NCBI RefSeq assembly: GCF_009914755.1
Contig: NC_060948.1
Source: the human T2T-CHM13v2.0 reference genome, Homo sapiens
Direction: 5' to 3' (one strand)
DNA length: 64,000 bases
A program made the position numbers and the translations under genes. Each line of letters starts with the position of its first letter. Within the stretch, counting starts at the first letter, position 1. Shown in pieces: positions 26,001-40,244 of the stretch. Under the pieces are notes generated by a model. That model saw only the letters and a program-made list of their open reading frames with translations. It was not told the origin of the DNA and searched no databases.

Positions 26001-28612
26001 CAGAGGTACAAAGAGAAACTGGTATCACTCTTTCTTGAAACAATTCCAAACAATAGAAAAAGAGGGACTCCTCCCTAACTCATCTTATGAAGTGCATCAT
26101 CCTGATACCAAAACCTAGCAGAGACACAACAAAAAAAGGAAATTTCAGGCCAACATCCCTGATGAACATCGATGGAAAATCCTCAATAAAATACTGGCAA
26201 ATGGAATCCAGCAACACATCAAAAAGCTTATCCACCACAATCAAGTTGGTTTCATAGCTGGTATGCAATTCTGCTTCAACATATGAAAATCAGTAAATGT
26301 AATCCATCACACAAATAGAACCAATGACAAAAAGCATATGATTATCTCATAGAAACAGAAAAGGACTTCTGTAAAATTTAATATTCCTTCATGCTAAAAT
26401 ATCTCTGTGAATTAGATGTTGATGTAACATATCTCAAAATGATAAAAGCTATTTGTGACAAACCTACAGCCAATATCATATTGAATGGGCAAAAGCTGGA
26501 AGCATTCCCTTGAAAACTGGCACAAAACAAGAATGTGCTCTCTCACCACTCTTACTCAACATAATATTGGAAGTTCTGGCCAGGGAAATCAGGCAAGACA
26601 AAAAAATAAAGGGTATTCAAATAAGAAGAGAGGAAGTCAAATTGTCTCTGTTTGCAGATGACACAATTGTATATTTAGCAAACGCATTGTCTTAGTCCCA
26701 AAACTCCTTAAGCTGATAGGCAACTTCAGCAAAGGCTCAGGATACAAAACCAATGTGAAAAAATTATGAGCATTCCTATACACCAACAACAGACAATCAG
26801 AGAGCCAAATCATGAGTAAACTCCCATTCACAATTACTATAAAGACAATAAAATAACTAGGCATACAACTTACAAGGGACATGAAGGACCTCTTCAAGGA
26901 GAACTACAAGCCACAGCTCAAGGAAATAAGAGAGTACACAAACAAATGGAAAAACATTTCATGCCCATGGACAGGAAGAATTAATATCGTGAAAATGGCC
27001 ATACTACCCAAAGTAATTTATAGATTCAATTTTATTACCATCAACCCACCATGGACTTTCTTTGCAGAATTGGAAAAAAAACTACTTTTAATTTCATATG
27101 GAACCAAAAAAGAGCCCTTATAGCCAAGACAATCTTAAGCAAAAAGAACAAAGCTGAAGGGATCATGCTATTTGACTTCAAACTACACTACAAGGCTACA
27201 GTAACCAAACAGCGTGGTACTGGTACCAAAACAGATATATAGACCAATGGAAGAGAACAGAAACCTCAGAAATTACACCACACATCTACACCCATCTGAT
27301 TTTTGACAAATCTTACAAAAAAAGCAATGGGGAAAGGATTCCCTATTTAACAAATGGTGATGGAAGAACTGGCTAGCCATATGCAGAAAACAGAAACTGA
27401 ACTTCTTTCTTACACTTTACACAAAAATTAAAGATTTACTGTAAATCCCAAAGCCATAAAAACCCTAGGAGAAAACCTAGGCAATACCATTCAGGACATA
27501 GGCATGGGCAAAGGCTTCATGACTAAAACACCAAAAACAATGGCAATAAAGGCCAAAATTGTCAAATGGAATCTAATTGAACTAAGGAGCTTCTGCACAG
27601 TGAAAGAAACTCTCATCAGAGTGAACAGGCAACCTAGAGAATGGGAGAAAATTTTTACAAGCTACCCATCTGACAAAGGTCTAATATCTAGAATCTACAA
27701 GAAACTTAAACAAACTTACAAGTAAAAAAGCAGACAATCTCTTCAAAAAGTGGGCAAATGATATGAACAGCCATTCCTCAAAAGAAGACGTTTATGCAGC
27801 CAAAAAAAAACAACAAAAAAACATGAAAAAAAACTCATCATCACTGATGATTAGAGAAAGGAAAATGAAAACCACAATGAGATACCATCTCACATCAGTT
27901 AGAATGGTGATTATTAAAAAGTCAGGAAACAACAGATGCTGATGAGGCTGTGGAGAAATCGAAATGCTTTTTACACTGTTGGTGGAAGTGTAAATTAGTT
28001 CAACCATTGTGGAAGACAGTATGGCAATTTCTGAAGGATCTGGAAGCAGAAATACCATTTGACCCAGCAATCCCATTACTGGGTGTATACTCAAAGGATC
28101 ATAAATCATTCTGCTATAAAGACACATGCACCCTTTTGTTTACTGTAGCACTATTTACAATAGCAAATCCTTGGAACCAACCCAAATGTCCATCAGTGAT
28201 AGACTGGATAAAGAAAATGTGGCAAATATACACCATGGAATATTATGCAGCCGTGAGAAAGAATGAGTTGATATCCTTTGCAGGGACATGGATGAAGCTG
28301 GAAGCCATCATTCTCAGCAAACTAACACAGGAACAGAAAACCAAACACCACATGTTCTCACTCATAAGTGGGAGGTGAACAATGAGAAACACATGGACAC
28401 AGGGAGGGAAACATCACACAGTGGGGCCTGTCAGAGGACAGGAGGCAAAAGGAAGGGAGAGCACTGGGACAAATGCCTAATGTTTAAGGGGATTAAGACC
28501 TAGAAGATGGATTGATAGGTGCAGTAAACCACCATGGCACATGTATACCTATGTAACAAACCTGCACATTCATCCCAGAACTTAAAGTAAATTTAAAAAA
28601 AAGAAGAAGAAA
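23075..28612 (+). mobile_element. Near full-length L1PA7/L1PA8-like element, inactive, with internal ORF2 deletions
   Basis: PA7/8-type 5' UTR (ggcagacactgagctagctgcaggag), ORF1 remnants, ORF2 ATG at 25468, RT motif SLFADD, C-terminus [13 protein letters not shown]...HMFSLISG, 3' UTR and A-rich tail. Confidence 0.95.
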
Positions 28613-28761
28613 GAAAAAGAACAATTGTTACATCTAGCTTGTCCTACTTCCAATTCTACCCTACTATTATTTACAGAATTTGGGGTACCTCACATCAGAA
28701 CTCTCCTACGTAAAGATGGCTTAAATTTCTATTGACCCTCACCATTAAACATATCACTCCC

Positions 28762-29076
28762 GGCCGGGTGCAGTGGAACACGCCTGTAATCCCAGCACTT
28801 TGGGAGACCAAGGCAGGCAGATCACGAGGTCACGAGATCGAGACCAGCCTGACCAACATGGTGAAACCCTATCTCTACTAAAAATACAAAAATTAGCTGG
28901 TTGTGGTGGCATGTGCCTGTAATCCCAGCTACTCAGGAAGCTGAGGCAGGAGAATTGCTTGAACCCAGGAATTGGAGGTTGCAGTAAGCCAAGATCATGC
29001 CACTGCACTCCTTCCTGTTGATGAAGCGAGACTCCGTCTCAAAAAACAAACAAACAAACAATAACAACAACAAAAA
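28762..29076 (+). mobile_element. AluS
   Basis: Full dimer; TSD tatcactccc on both sides. Confidence 0.95.
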
Positions 29077-29759
29077 TCTATCACTCCCAATGTTCTATCC
29101 TTTCTACTTACAAAATATGTCTTGATGTTGCAATCTGGAATTTTTGTATTATGTAACAAATTTCTTCTATTGGTATCAGTTTGGATAATGGTCATTAGAT
29201 TTCATTAACCATGATGATGAACTAAAAAATCAGCTTTCCTATCTGCAGGTATGAGCCAGATTGTGGTACTTGACTGACTGAAGAGCTCTGGAGAGTTTAC
29301 TGAGGGGTGGCAGGGTTTCAAAAATCATCATTATCTGAAAGGATTATTGGGGATATTTCCCATCTTATACAACAAAATGGCCTGAAAAATGTGGGACAGG
29401 ACTGGGAATAGAGAAACACGAATTTCAAGAAAAAGCTTAAAATCTCACCTGCTTATCAGAGTCCAGTTACTTTACACACCAGATGACACATAGCTGATCA
29501 GATTCACTAAAGATGTAGTTGTTAGCACAGTGAGGCCAAGTGATGACTCTTTGGGCCACTATGGACCATACGCTACGTTTGTGCCACTCAAAGCAAACTT
29601 GCTGTGTCTGGTGAATTTTCTCACATTCCCTACCTGCCTCTTTCACTTCCTGGCAAGCTCAGAAAAGAAAAACGTTTTTCAAACAAATTTTTTCATTCTT
29701 AGCATTGGAATGGCATATGGCCCATCTGCCCAGGTTCAAGATAGGAGACATCCTATCTT

Positions 29760-30192
29760 GTCTCCACATCCTTTGTCATGAGAATTTGCAGTTCATCTTA
29801 TGAGCGTACCTTCTTACTCTTGAGATCAGGCTACAGGATTGCTTTGGGAAATAAAATGTCATCAGAAGTAGCAATGTGTCCCTTCTGAGTTTACGTCTTA
29901 AGAGTCATTGCATTTTCATTATATCCTCTTGAATGTTTGCTATTGCCATAAGAATAATATGTCCTAGATATTCAACTCGTTCATGAAAGATAGCTGACAT
30001 GTGAAGCAGACCTGGACTCCAGCCGACACTTGGAGTTAAGTCCAATTGTGCATAGCGTAGATTAGCTCACCATAGCTGACCCAAAGATATATGAGTCATA
30101 GATAATTGAGAAATAAATGTTTACTGATGCATAGTATTAAGTTTTAGGGTAGTTTGTTAAATAGCAGTACTGTGAAAGAGCTGACTGATTCA
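29760..30192 (+). mobile_element. Old MLT1 (I/J-like) MaLR LTR
   Basis: gattgctttgggaaataaaatgtcatcagaagt...gagaaataaatgtttactg...ttttagggtagtttgttaaatagcag...gctgactgattca. Confidence 0.7.
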
Positions 30193-33100
30193 CGAGTTAT
30201 GCATATTATTCTGTCGATGCAAGATTTGTAATGAATAATTTACTGTTTAAAATAATGTCCTCTCTCTCTATCCCCTTTATCATCTTAATTTTTTGGAGTA
30301 TTCATTGTGAACTAGGATATCATATATTTTAATATATTTATTCTTGTTCTCTTCCCAAGAGTTTCATTGTGTCTGAGATAATGTTTATTTCCTGTATAAA
30401 TGCTCAATATCTTGGTAGGCACTAGTGGTTGTTAAATAATTATGCATGGAATAAATATATTACATAGTCAATTTTTCTTATTATTTCAACATCCATTATC
30501 TAATTTTGTTTCTGTGTGCAATTCAGTAAGTTGGGAAGCAGCAAAGATAATAGAGAAGACTTATGGAGAAAAATATAAGAAGAGGAAACATCCAAATATT
30601 GTCCCTGATGAGATATGAGTTATTCTTCTCCAAGACTGCCTCCCTATGGTTGGGAAATACCAAAACTGTGAAAACAAAAATGCCAGCAAGTAGCTTAGAC
30701 AGTGTCATCTAATGTCACCACCATGCCACAAAGTTTCTGTATGCTATAATCAGGGTTTCTGTTAACCTTCTCTGTGAGTCACTGCATGGACAGAAATTTT
30801 AAGGGGACTTATATGTCTTCAAAGAGATGTCAGAATCTTTGACTTTGGCATTGTTCCAACAGTATGTATCAGTAAAATTATATAGCAGAAACACCACAAT
30901 GTCAAGGTCAGACATTATGGCCACTGAAGCCTAAAATTAGATGCAATATTTTGCAGCATAGAGAAAAGTACATCTTTAAACAAACTTCTTTATTTCCCAG
31001 TATTCTGTTTCCTGTAGGTTTTTAAGATATCCACGAATAAGCACTTTGTATATGAAAAACATCCAAGACAACTTTGTCTAGGTTTCTTTCTCAGGCTTAA
31101 GAGATTATGTTGCCTCCTTAATTTGTATTAAAATAGTTTTCCCGGCCTATATTAGAAAATGAGGTCTAACCCTTCACGGAAGGTAAAAAGATGCCTCTCT
31201 CACCTCCACTCCTAATGACAGGAGAACAATTTGCTATCTCTTTATTTCAGGTTGGATACAGGAGAGTGATTTGATGACTTTCCATAAACTGCACTGTAGG
31301 GTGCATTTAAAAGTGGGACCTTAGAAGGGATTGATTTTGTTTTCTCTTTCTATAGCCCCTCACTCTCTTTCATAGCTTTCCTTGCTAGGCACAAAAAAAA
31401 GACTGTTTCCCTGCTCGATCTTTTGAGGGTTTACACCACTGTGGCCCCCAGATTCCCAGCATGTTGCTATGTACACAGTACATGCTTAGTAGATGCTTAC
31501 TAATTGACTAAAATATCAAGCCTCTTGGGTAATCATGAGTATCTTGGATCTCTCCCTATCTGGAAGTTGCTTTTGTTTTCTGACTCTTTTTACTGAAGTA
31601 GTGAGATCTAGGTTCTTGCCTGGTTTGTTCTGTGACCTTGAACTAGTGTTTCTACCACTCGAAAACACTTTACTCAGATGGGTGAAATATGGACATAATT
31701 AAACCTGTGTTCAATGAAATAGTATGTACTCTTACTTGCTGGCAAATTATTCCCAGGTGAAGCTATTATGCTCCTTCCTGGGTCCATGTCTTACTGAGGT
31801 TCCTTGTCTTCCCTTCTGCTCACAGGCAGTGGTAAAAGCTGAGGATTCTGTCCTGGTTCCTCTTAATTCTATTTAGCTTCATGATACATCTCTGGTCGTT
31901 GGGTTCCTTTTGTCCCTACAGCCATTCTTCCTGTGTTCCTATATGCTGTGGAATCACAGCACAAAAGCAATAATAGTTTTAGTATGTCAAGGATACCTGA
32001 GTTATTTATCTGCTGCCAGCATTGTCTGTTTAGATCTAATGTAAACTGACTTCTCCCTTGCCTAGTGATGACACAGGTCCTGCTTAATTAAATGTGTATG
32101 AGCTGTGAATTTTTCCCATTGATATCCTTATCTCCTTCATTTCAGCAAGAGTGTTAACATGCACTCAAAATCTCTACTTAAAGGGAAACAGAAAGTGCCA
32201 TCACAGATACACATCCCTTACTCCTCTGTTTCAGAAGTTTCACTTTCTCTGCCTAAGTAATGACTGACTTTTCCATAGCATCCTCTTCATTCTCTCGGCA
32301 TGGGTACATTCGGTGCAACTTATCCTGAACACAGTTTAATTAGTCAATGTACCCAAAGGCAAAGTCAAAGACTCTTCCTCTCCAGTTGGGCAGTGAGGCC
32401 TAAGCCCAATGCAGGAGCCTGCAGCCAGCCTCTCACAACTGGTTGAGTGCTGGGCTGCTAGCAGGTAGAGATGCCTATTCCTAGCTATTGACTGCCTGAA
32501 GCAGGAAGTAATGGAAAATCCATGTGGGCTGAGGACATACAGGGCACAACCAGAGACAAATGTATGGACCAGTGTAATAATGATGTGGAAGGGATGGCAA
32601 AAGGAATGGGGTGTGTGTGCATGCACACGTACACACACCTGTGCATATGTGGGTGCGTGTGTGTTCATTGGTCTCCTTCTCTTCCCTCTCCATTGTTTCC
32701 TTCTTTTTCCCATTTTCTCTTGCTCTCTTCTGTTATTAGACCACCAGAGTTGAAATTAGTATTTTAATTAATGTATTTGTTTTAATAAATAAAGCATTTC
32801 AAAACAACATAATTGCAAGAACTGAGTGTTAAACTAAACACCAACCTAATTAAATGCATTAGGGATATATAATTCAGTTTATTAGAAATATAATTAACAT
32901 ACTCTTTAAGTCTCCTTGGGCCTTTGTCTTTCTGAAGATAAGACAGAGGAATCATAACCAACTTTAATAAAATGAAAGAGGATGTAAAGGCAAAAAGTGA
33001 ATAAAAATAATTGGGGAAGGTACAAAGTTCAAAGAGAGTATTCTTTTTCTAAAAACAATGTGACAAAATATATTCAGTGTAAGATTTATTATGCTAGTCA

Positions 33101-34010
33101 TTTTCCATTGTATGAGTTAAATACATTCTTGTGTGTAACCAGTCTCCAGAATTCTTTTCCTTGCAAAGTTGAAGCTGTGTATGCATTAAAAAACATTAAA
33201 CTCTGTATGCATTCCTATTGACAGGAAGATGATGCTTGAGTTTTACAAATACATTTATTTTTAAAAACATACCACTTTCTACAATTTATTTCAGAAAATA
33301 GAAGCAGAGAGAATATTTCCTGACTCATTGTGTGAAGTCAGCATTACTCTAATATCAAATTCAAATAGACTTATGAAAAAATAAAACAATAGACCAATAT
33401 ACATGGATGCAAAAATCTTCAACAAAATATTAGCAAATTGATTCCAACAGTGTATAAAAAGTATTGCACCATGTCAAAGTGGGATGGATTCTAGGCATGC
33501 AAATCTTATTCCACATTTAAAAATCAGTAATATATCACAGTAACATATTTTTTATAAAACCATATGATGATTTCGATAGAAATAGAAAAAGCATTTGATA
33601 AAATTTAACATCCATTCATAATAATAATATAAAACTCTTAGCAAACTGGGAAAAGAGGGGTCAATTCCTCAAGTTGAAAAATAACATCTAGAAAAACATA
33701 CAGCTAACATCATACTTAATGGTGGGAAACTACAAGCTTCCCCTCTAAGATCAGGAGGAAGAAAATAATATTGTCTCTCATCACTCCTACTAAACACCAT
33801 AGTAGAAATTCTAACTAATGTAGTAAGACAAGGAAGGAAAATAAAAGGTACACAGACTGGGAAGGAAGAAATAAAACTGCCTGCGTTCAAAGACAAAATG
33901 AAAATCTGAAGAAAAAAAAGTCAACAATGACACTAAACTACTGTACCTAAGTAATCATAGCAGCATTACAGGGTACAAAGTTATAGAAAAGTTAATCATT
34001 TTGCTATATA

Positions 34011-34240
34011 CAGGTAAAACACCACTAAGCTAAAAATATGAAATCCAAAATGCTCCAAAATCTGACTTTTTGAGGACCAACGTAAAACTCAAAGGAAATG
34101 CTCATTGGTGCATTTTGTATTCACATTTGAATTATGGGTGCTCAACTGGTTAAATATATGCAAATATTCCAATAAAAAAAGCCACTGAAATCTGAAACAC
34201 TTTTGGTCCCAAACATTTTACATAAGGGGTACTCAATTTG
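34011..34240 (+). mobile_element. Tigger4a/MER46A-like DNA transposon
   Basis: caggt...aaatccaaaatgctccaaaatctga...ctcaaaggaaatgctcattgg...ggtcccaaacattttacataaggggtactcaatttg, flanked by TA. Confidence 0.85.
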
Positions 34241-34294
34241 TATCAGCAGTGAATAATTAGAACTTAAAACAAAAAAAAACATTTAATTAACACC

Positions 34295-34622
34295 TGTCCT
34301 AGTTCATTTTTGATTGCTATAACTTAATACCTGAAACAGGATAATTTATTTTTAATAAAATAAATTTATTTCTTATATTTTTGGAGGCTAAGTCCAAGAT
34401 TGAGATTCTGCATCTGATGAGGGGCCTCGTGCTGGCGCAGACTCTCTGCATAGTCCTAAGGCATCACAGGACATTACATGTCAAGGAAGCTAACTGTGCT
34501 GGGTTATGTCTCTCCTTCTCCTCTTATAAAGCCACTAAGATCTCATCGTCATAATTCATTTAATGCCAGGGAAATTAGGATTTTTTACATAAATGTTGGA
34601 AGAGAGAAATATTCAAAGCACC

Positions 34623-34626
<4 letters not shown>
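34295..34626 (-). mobile_element. MST/MLT1A-type MaLR solo LTR
   Basis: tgtcctagttcatttttgattgctataac...tttatttcttatatttttggaggctaagtccaagattgag...ctcttataaagccact. Confidence 0.75.

Positions 34627-34698
<72 letters not shown>
34627..34698. repeat. Compound microsatellite (CA)18(GA)18
   Basis: Counted directly from the sequence. Confidence 0.97.
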
Positions 34699-34701
<3 letters not shown>

Positions 34702-37700
34702 CTTGATTGATATTCTAACAAAGTATGTACAGGAATACCTGAGGAGGGAAGGGGCTTCAAGATGGCTAACTAGAGGCACCAAGCATTATATTTCTCTACA
34801 AAGAAGGACAAAACAGCCAGCAGATACACACACAGAAAAAAAGATTTAAGAAAGAACATTGGAATTCAGTAGGAAAGTGACAGGGAACCTCTGAAGTACA
34901 AGAGGATAAAGCAGTAAAGCAGCCAGACTGACCAGGATTGGCTTGCAGTTAGGAGAAACTGCAATGCAGATAAAACGTAAGCAAGAGATTCCCAGGTGTC
35001 CACGTTTCCACTGGTGTACTCCTGCAATTCTAAACACAGGAGATCCCCTCAGCCCTTCAGGGCCTCAGACTAGAATAGGGAGCTGCCTGGGACCTGAGCA
35101 CAGCTCCAGAGACGGAATTCACACAAGATTATTCACACCCACTGAGACCCATGACAACATTTTGAGATCCCATTACCCACCACATTGCATTGCACCAAGC
35201 TTCAAACAGTCCCCGAACCTCCACATCCCTGGAGCCCACTGACATTCCTTCCACACGCACCCACAGGGATAGACACTAGGAGGGCCCAGTGGTACAGAAA
35301 AGTCACCAGCGCTGTAGTGCACATGTGGCCTACAGTTAGAGAACGGGCAGTACAGTGTACCAGGGAGGCTTCCTCCAGAGACAAGCTGAGCCAAAGCACA
35401 CATTCCAAGAACCTGAGAGTCATGTTCCTGAGGCTGCTAATTCTGACAGCAACCCCCCTCATTCCAGCAAGTGCTGCCATGCACCTGCACACATCATAAG
35501 AGGGACTTAGGACTGCCCACTTAGTTGTCATCCTGGGTCCACACCTTCCTGGAGGCATGAACTCACAGTAAGCCCACTGCCTCCAGCAAGAGTTGTTATG
35601 CACCTCACACACCTTAAGAGGGACTGGGAACTGGCCCACCCAGGGACTGGGGACTGGCCCATCTTATGGTGTGAGAATAGACACATCATAAAAACTGTTA
35701 CCACCTGAGTGTGCTGTCCAGTGACCTAATGATAATCTGCCCAGTCACTACAGCCAGCACTCATGTGCACTACTGAGCAGTTCAGACTCACCTGCCCACC
35801 GCTGTCACCAGTGCCCCCACATTGTTCAAGAGTCTGGAGATCAAACTATCCCACCTGCTGCAGGTAGCCCCACTGCTAACTGTAGGCACCAACAGTAGGT
35901 TGAAAAAGAGGATCAGCCACCCACAATCACCAGTGCCTGTTTATGCTTTCTGAGGGCCTAAGAATGAGCTCACTCAGCATGCTGGTGCCAGCACACAGCA
36001 TGCTGGGTGTCTAGGGACTGAACTCTCCCTCTGCCTCTTTGGGGGCCTGAGGATAAGTCTGCCCAGCCTGCCATCACCACCACCAACTATGCCCAATAAC
36101 TTTTTCCAGCCATATATGCTATGTGGAGGCCTCAGAACTGAACTTCCATGACTGCCAACACCATTGCAAGACATTTGAGAGCCCAAGGGTTGGGCCACTG
36201 CCATTACTGCCATTGGTGATATCATCCATGCTGTACAGAAAGCCTGATGTCAAGTTACCAGTCTAACCAACTGCTGCCACTGCTGGTATCCAAGTAAGCC
36301 ACCTGAAGACCTATGGATTGAATATGTTGATCCCACTAAAACTAATGCCCACGTACAACCCCCAGAGGTTCCAGGACAGGCATGCCTATATCACTGCTGC
36401 CACAACTGGGGCTCAAGGACCAGCTAACTTGGTGTTCCCTCTGCAGGAAAGTTTCACCACAGGCTTCACAAACAACCATAGCCTAAGCCAATAAGAAACT
36501 CACAGACACCACTGATACTGATTACAGAGAAATCATATGGAGACTATACTACTGCATGCACTTAGAAGGAAAGCCAAAGCACCTGAATCATACATATATC
36601 TACAGCAAAAGTTTTTTTTTCGATGAAAGACAACCATAAATTTGGAAGATGTGACTGTTACACCAGGTGTATAGATATCAATGTAAGGACACAAGAAAAA
36701 GTTTTAAAAATCAAGGAAACTTGATACCTCCAAAAGAACACAATTATCCATGAACAGATTCTAATGAGAAAAAATCTATAAAATGCTAAAAATGAATTGA
36801 AAATAGTAGTATCAAGAAGATTCAGTGAAATACAGGAGAAGACTCATAATAAAAAAATAAGAAAAATAATTAATTATCTGAATGAGAAATTCAACAAAGA
36901 GGTAGCATTAAAAGAACAAAATAAAAATTCTACAACTGAAAATTTTGAATGAAAATTCAAAATACTATCAGGTGCTTCAAAAACAGACTAGATCAAGGAG
37001 AATTAAAAAAAATTGAACTTGAAGACACATCTTTTAAACTCATCTAGTCAGGAAAAAATAAAAATGAAAGAGAAGAAAGAAAAACTATGCGATATATGGG
37101 ACACTATAAAGTGAATATATTTTTGAATTTCGGGAGTTCTGATAAGAGAGGGACACAGACATAAAACAACTATCTAACAAAATAATAGCTGAAAACTGAA
37201 AAGTATTGTAAGAGATAGATATATACAGATATAGAAAACAAAAAATTTCCCCAAATAGGTTTAAACCATAATGGTGTTTCTGATGGCACATTAGAGCGAA
37301 ACTGTCAAGAGTCAAAGACAAAGGGAAAATTCTAAAAACAGCAAGAGAAAAGTGTCCAGTCACATATAAGGAGATCCCCATCAGACTCAGAGCACATTAT
37401 TCAACAGAACCATTAAAGGCAAGAGGAGAATGGGGTGATATATACTAAGATGCTAAAAGAGAAAAAACCTCCTGGCCTAAAATATTATGGTCAGAAAAAC
37501 TATCTTTCAAAAATGAAAAAGAAAGGAAGTTCTTACCACACAAGCAAAAACTGAGGGGATACATCAATACTAGATTGTTCTACAAAAAAAAAAAAAATGC
37601 TTAAAAAAGATGTAAGTGTGGAGGTGAAAAGACAATACATACCATCATGAAAACAGGCAAAATTATAAAGCTCACTAATAAAAAATTAAAAGACAAATGA

Positions 37701-37886
37701 AAAAGAGAAAGTACTCAAATATTGCTACTCTAGAATACCATCAAACTGCAATGATAAACAATGAGAGGGAGAAAGTAATAAAGAGAATACAAAAACAACT
37801 AGAAAACAATTTTTTAAATGAAAGAAATAAATCACCTACCTATTCCTAATAACCTTGAATGTAACTGATTTAAATTTTGCACTTAA

Positions 37887-38174
37887 GCTAGGCATGGTGG
37901 ATCATGACTATAATCCCAACACTTGGGAGGCTGAGGTGGAAAGATTTCTTGACCCCAGGTATTCAATATAGCCTGAGAAACATAGGAGGTCCCTATCTCT
38001 GCAAAGAATTTTAAAACCTAACTGGGCATGGTGGCATATGCCCATGACCCCAGCTACTGGGGGTGCTGAGGTAGAAGGATCACTTAAGCCCCAAAGGTTG
38101 AGGATGCAGTGAGCCATGATCACAGCACTGCACCCTAGCTTGGGCAGCAGAGTGCAATTCGACCTAAAAAAAAA
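37887..38174 (+). mobile_element. AluJ inserted in the L1MA ORF2 start
   Basis: Diverged dimer with aggatcacttaagcccc...gagccatgatcacagcactgcac. Confidence 0.88.
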
Positions 38175-38544
38175 TAAGTGACTAAAAAGTAAATTATCCA
38201 TTTAAAAGAAATAGATCTGATAAATGACTTTTTTTTTTTTTTTAAAAAAAAAGAACATGATTCAGTTATATGCTTCCCACAAGAAACCCACTCCACTTGT
38301 CAAGACACATAGTCCAAACATGTAGAGATGGAAAAAGACACTTTCACACAATGGATACATAAACCAAGCAAAGGTAGCTACACTTATATTAGACCAAATA
38401 AATTTTCAGTTAAAAACTGTTAAAAAGAGACAAAGAATGTCATTAATGATAAAGAGATTTGTTTAGCAAGAGCATGTAACAAGTCTAAACGTATATGTAC
38501 TCTACATGTGAGAATCAGAATATATAAAGCAAATGTTATTAGAT

Positions 38545-40244
38545 TGATATAGTTTGAATCTGTGTGCCTGCCCAAATTTCATGTTGAATTGTAATCCCCA
38601 ATGTTACAGGTGGTGCCCCATGGGAGGTAGTTGGATCATGGGGACAGTTTCTCATGAATGATTTAACACCATCCTGTTGGTGGTGTTCTAGTAATAGTGA
38701 GTTCTCGTGAGATCCGGTTGTTTAAAATTGTATAGTGCCCCCTCCCACTCTGTCTTGCTCCTGCTCCTGCATATTAAATGGGCCTGCTTCCCCTTCATCT
38801 TCTGCCATGATTAGAAGCACCCTGAGAATTCCCCAGAAACAGATGCTGCCATGTCTCCTGAACAGCCTGCAGAACCATGAACCAATTAAACCTCTTTTCT
38901 TTATAAATTATACAGTCTCTGGTAGTTATTTCTAGCAATGAAAGAACAAATAAATACAGAAATTGGCACCAAGCAATGGGGCATTGCTGTAAAGATACTT
39001 GAAAATGTGGAAGTGATTTTGGAACTGGGTAATGGGCAGAAACTAGAAAAGTTTGGAGAGCTCAGAAGAAGACAGGAAGAAAAGGAAAAATTTGGAACTT
39101 CATAGAGACTTATCGAATGGTTGTGACCAAAATGCTGATAGTAAAATGGACAGAGATGTCCTAGCTAATGGGGTTTCACATAGAGATGAATAACTTATTG
39201 GGAACTGGAGCAAAGGTCATTTTTGTTATGCCTTGGCAAAGAACCTGGCTGCATTGTGCTCCTATCCTAGAATTCTGTGGAACTTTGAACTTGAGAGTGA
39301 TGACTTAGGGTGTCTGGCAGAAGAAATTAAGCATCAGATAATTCAAGACATGGCATGGCTGCTTCTAAAACCTAGCCTCATGTGCATGAGCAAAGAAATG
39401 ACCTAAAATTGGAACTTATATTTTAAAAAGAAACAGCATAAAAGTTTGCATCCTAGCCATGGGGTAAAAAAGAAAAGCCCATTTTCTAGGGATGAATTCA
39501 AGCAGACTGAAGAAATTAGCATAAATAAATAAGAGCCAAATGGTTATACACAAGAAAATGGGGAAAAGACCTAGAAGGCATTTCAGAGACACTTGCAGAA
39601 CCCTCTCTCTTCACAGGCCCAGAAACTTAGGAAGACTGAATGGTATCATGGATCAGGCCCAGGACCCTACTTCCCTGCACAGCCTTAGGACACTGCCCCC
39701 CATAGCTCAGCAACTGCAGCTCCATGGGTAGCTTAGTGGGGCCCAGGTATAGCTTAGGCCATTTCTTCCGAAGTTGCAAGCTATAAACCTTGGCAGCTTC
39801 CACATGGTGTTAAATCTGTGGGTACACAGAGTTCAATATTTAAGGCTTGGGAGCCCCCACCTGTATTTTAGAGGATGCATGGAAAAGCCTGGATACGCAG
39901 CCAGAAGCCTACTATTGGGCAGAGCCCCCATGGAGAATATCAAGTAGGGCAATGTGAGAGAAACATATGGGGTTAGATCTCCCACAGAGGCCCCACTGGG
40001 GCACTGCCTATTGGAGCTATGAGAAAAGAGTCACCAAACTCTAGACTCCAGAATGATAGATGCACTAGAAGCTTGCACCATGCACCTGGAAGAGCCACAA
40101 GGCATTCAATGCCAGTCCTTGAGAGCAACCACCAGGACTGAGCCCAGCAAAGCCACAAGGCAGAGTTGCCTAAAACCTTGGGAGACCACCACTTCCCTCA
40201 GAGTGCCCTGGAGGTGGAACGTGAGGTCAAAGGAGATTATTTTG
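38545..40244 (+). mobile_element. MSTA-like LTR (38545-38958) plus truncated internal region (38959-40244); no 3' LTR
   Basis: TG...CA LTR (tgatatagtttgaatctgtgtg...aattaaacctcttttctttataaatta...aataca) followed by MaLR-internal sequence (gaaaatgtggaagtgattttggaactgggtaatgggcaga). Confidence 0.9.

Noticed and set aside
23075-28612. Potentially active full-length L1
   Set aside because: ORF1 and ORF2 are broken by stops, frameshifts and a ~0.8-kb deletion.
32610-32665. Palindromic purine/pyrimidine-alternating tract
   Set aside because: Low-complexity (TG/CA) sequence in which palindromes arise trivially.
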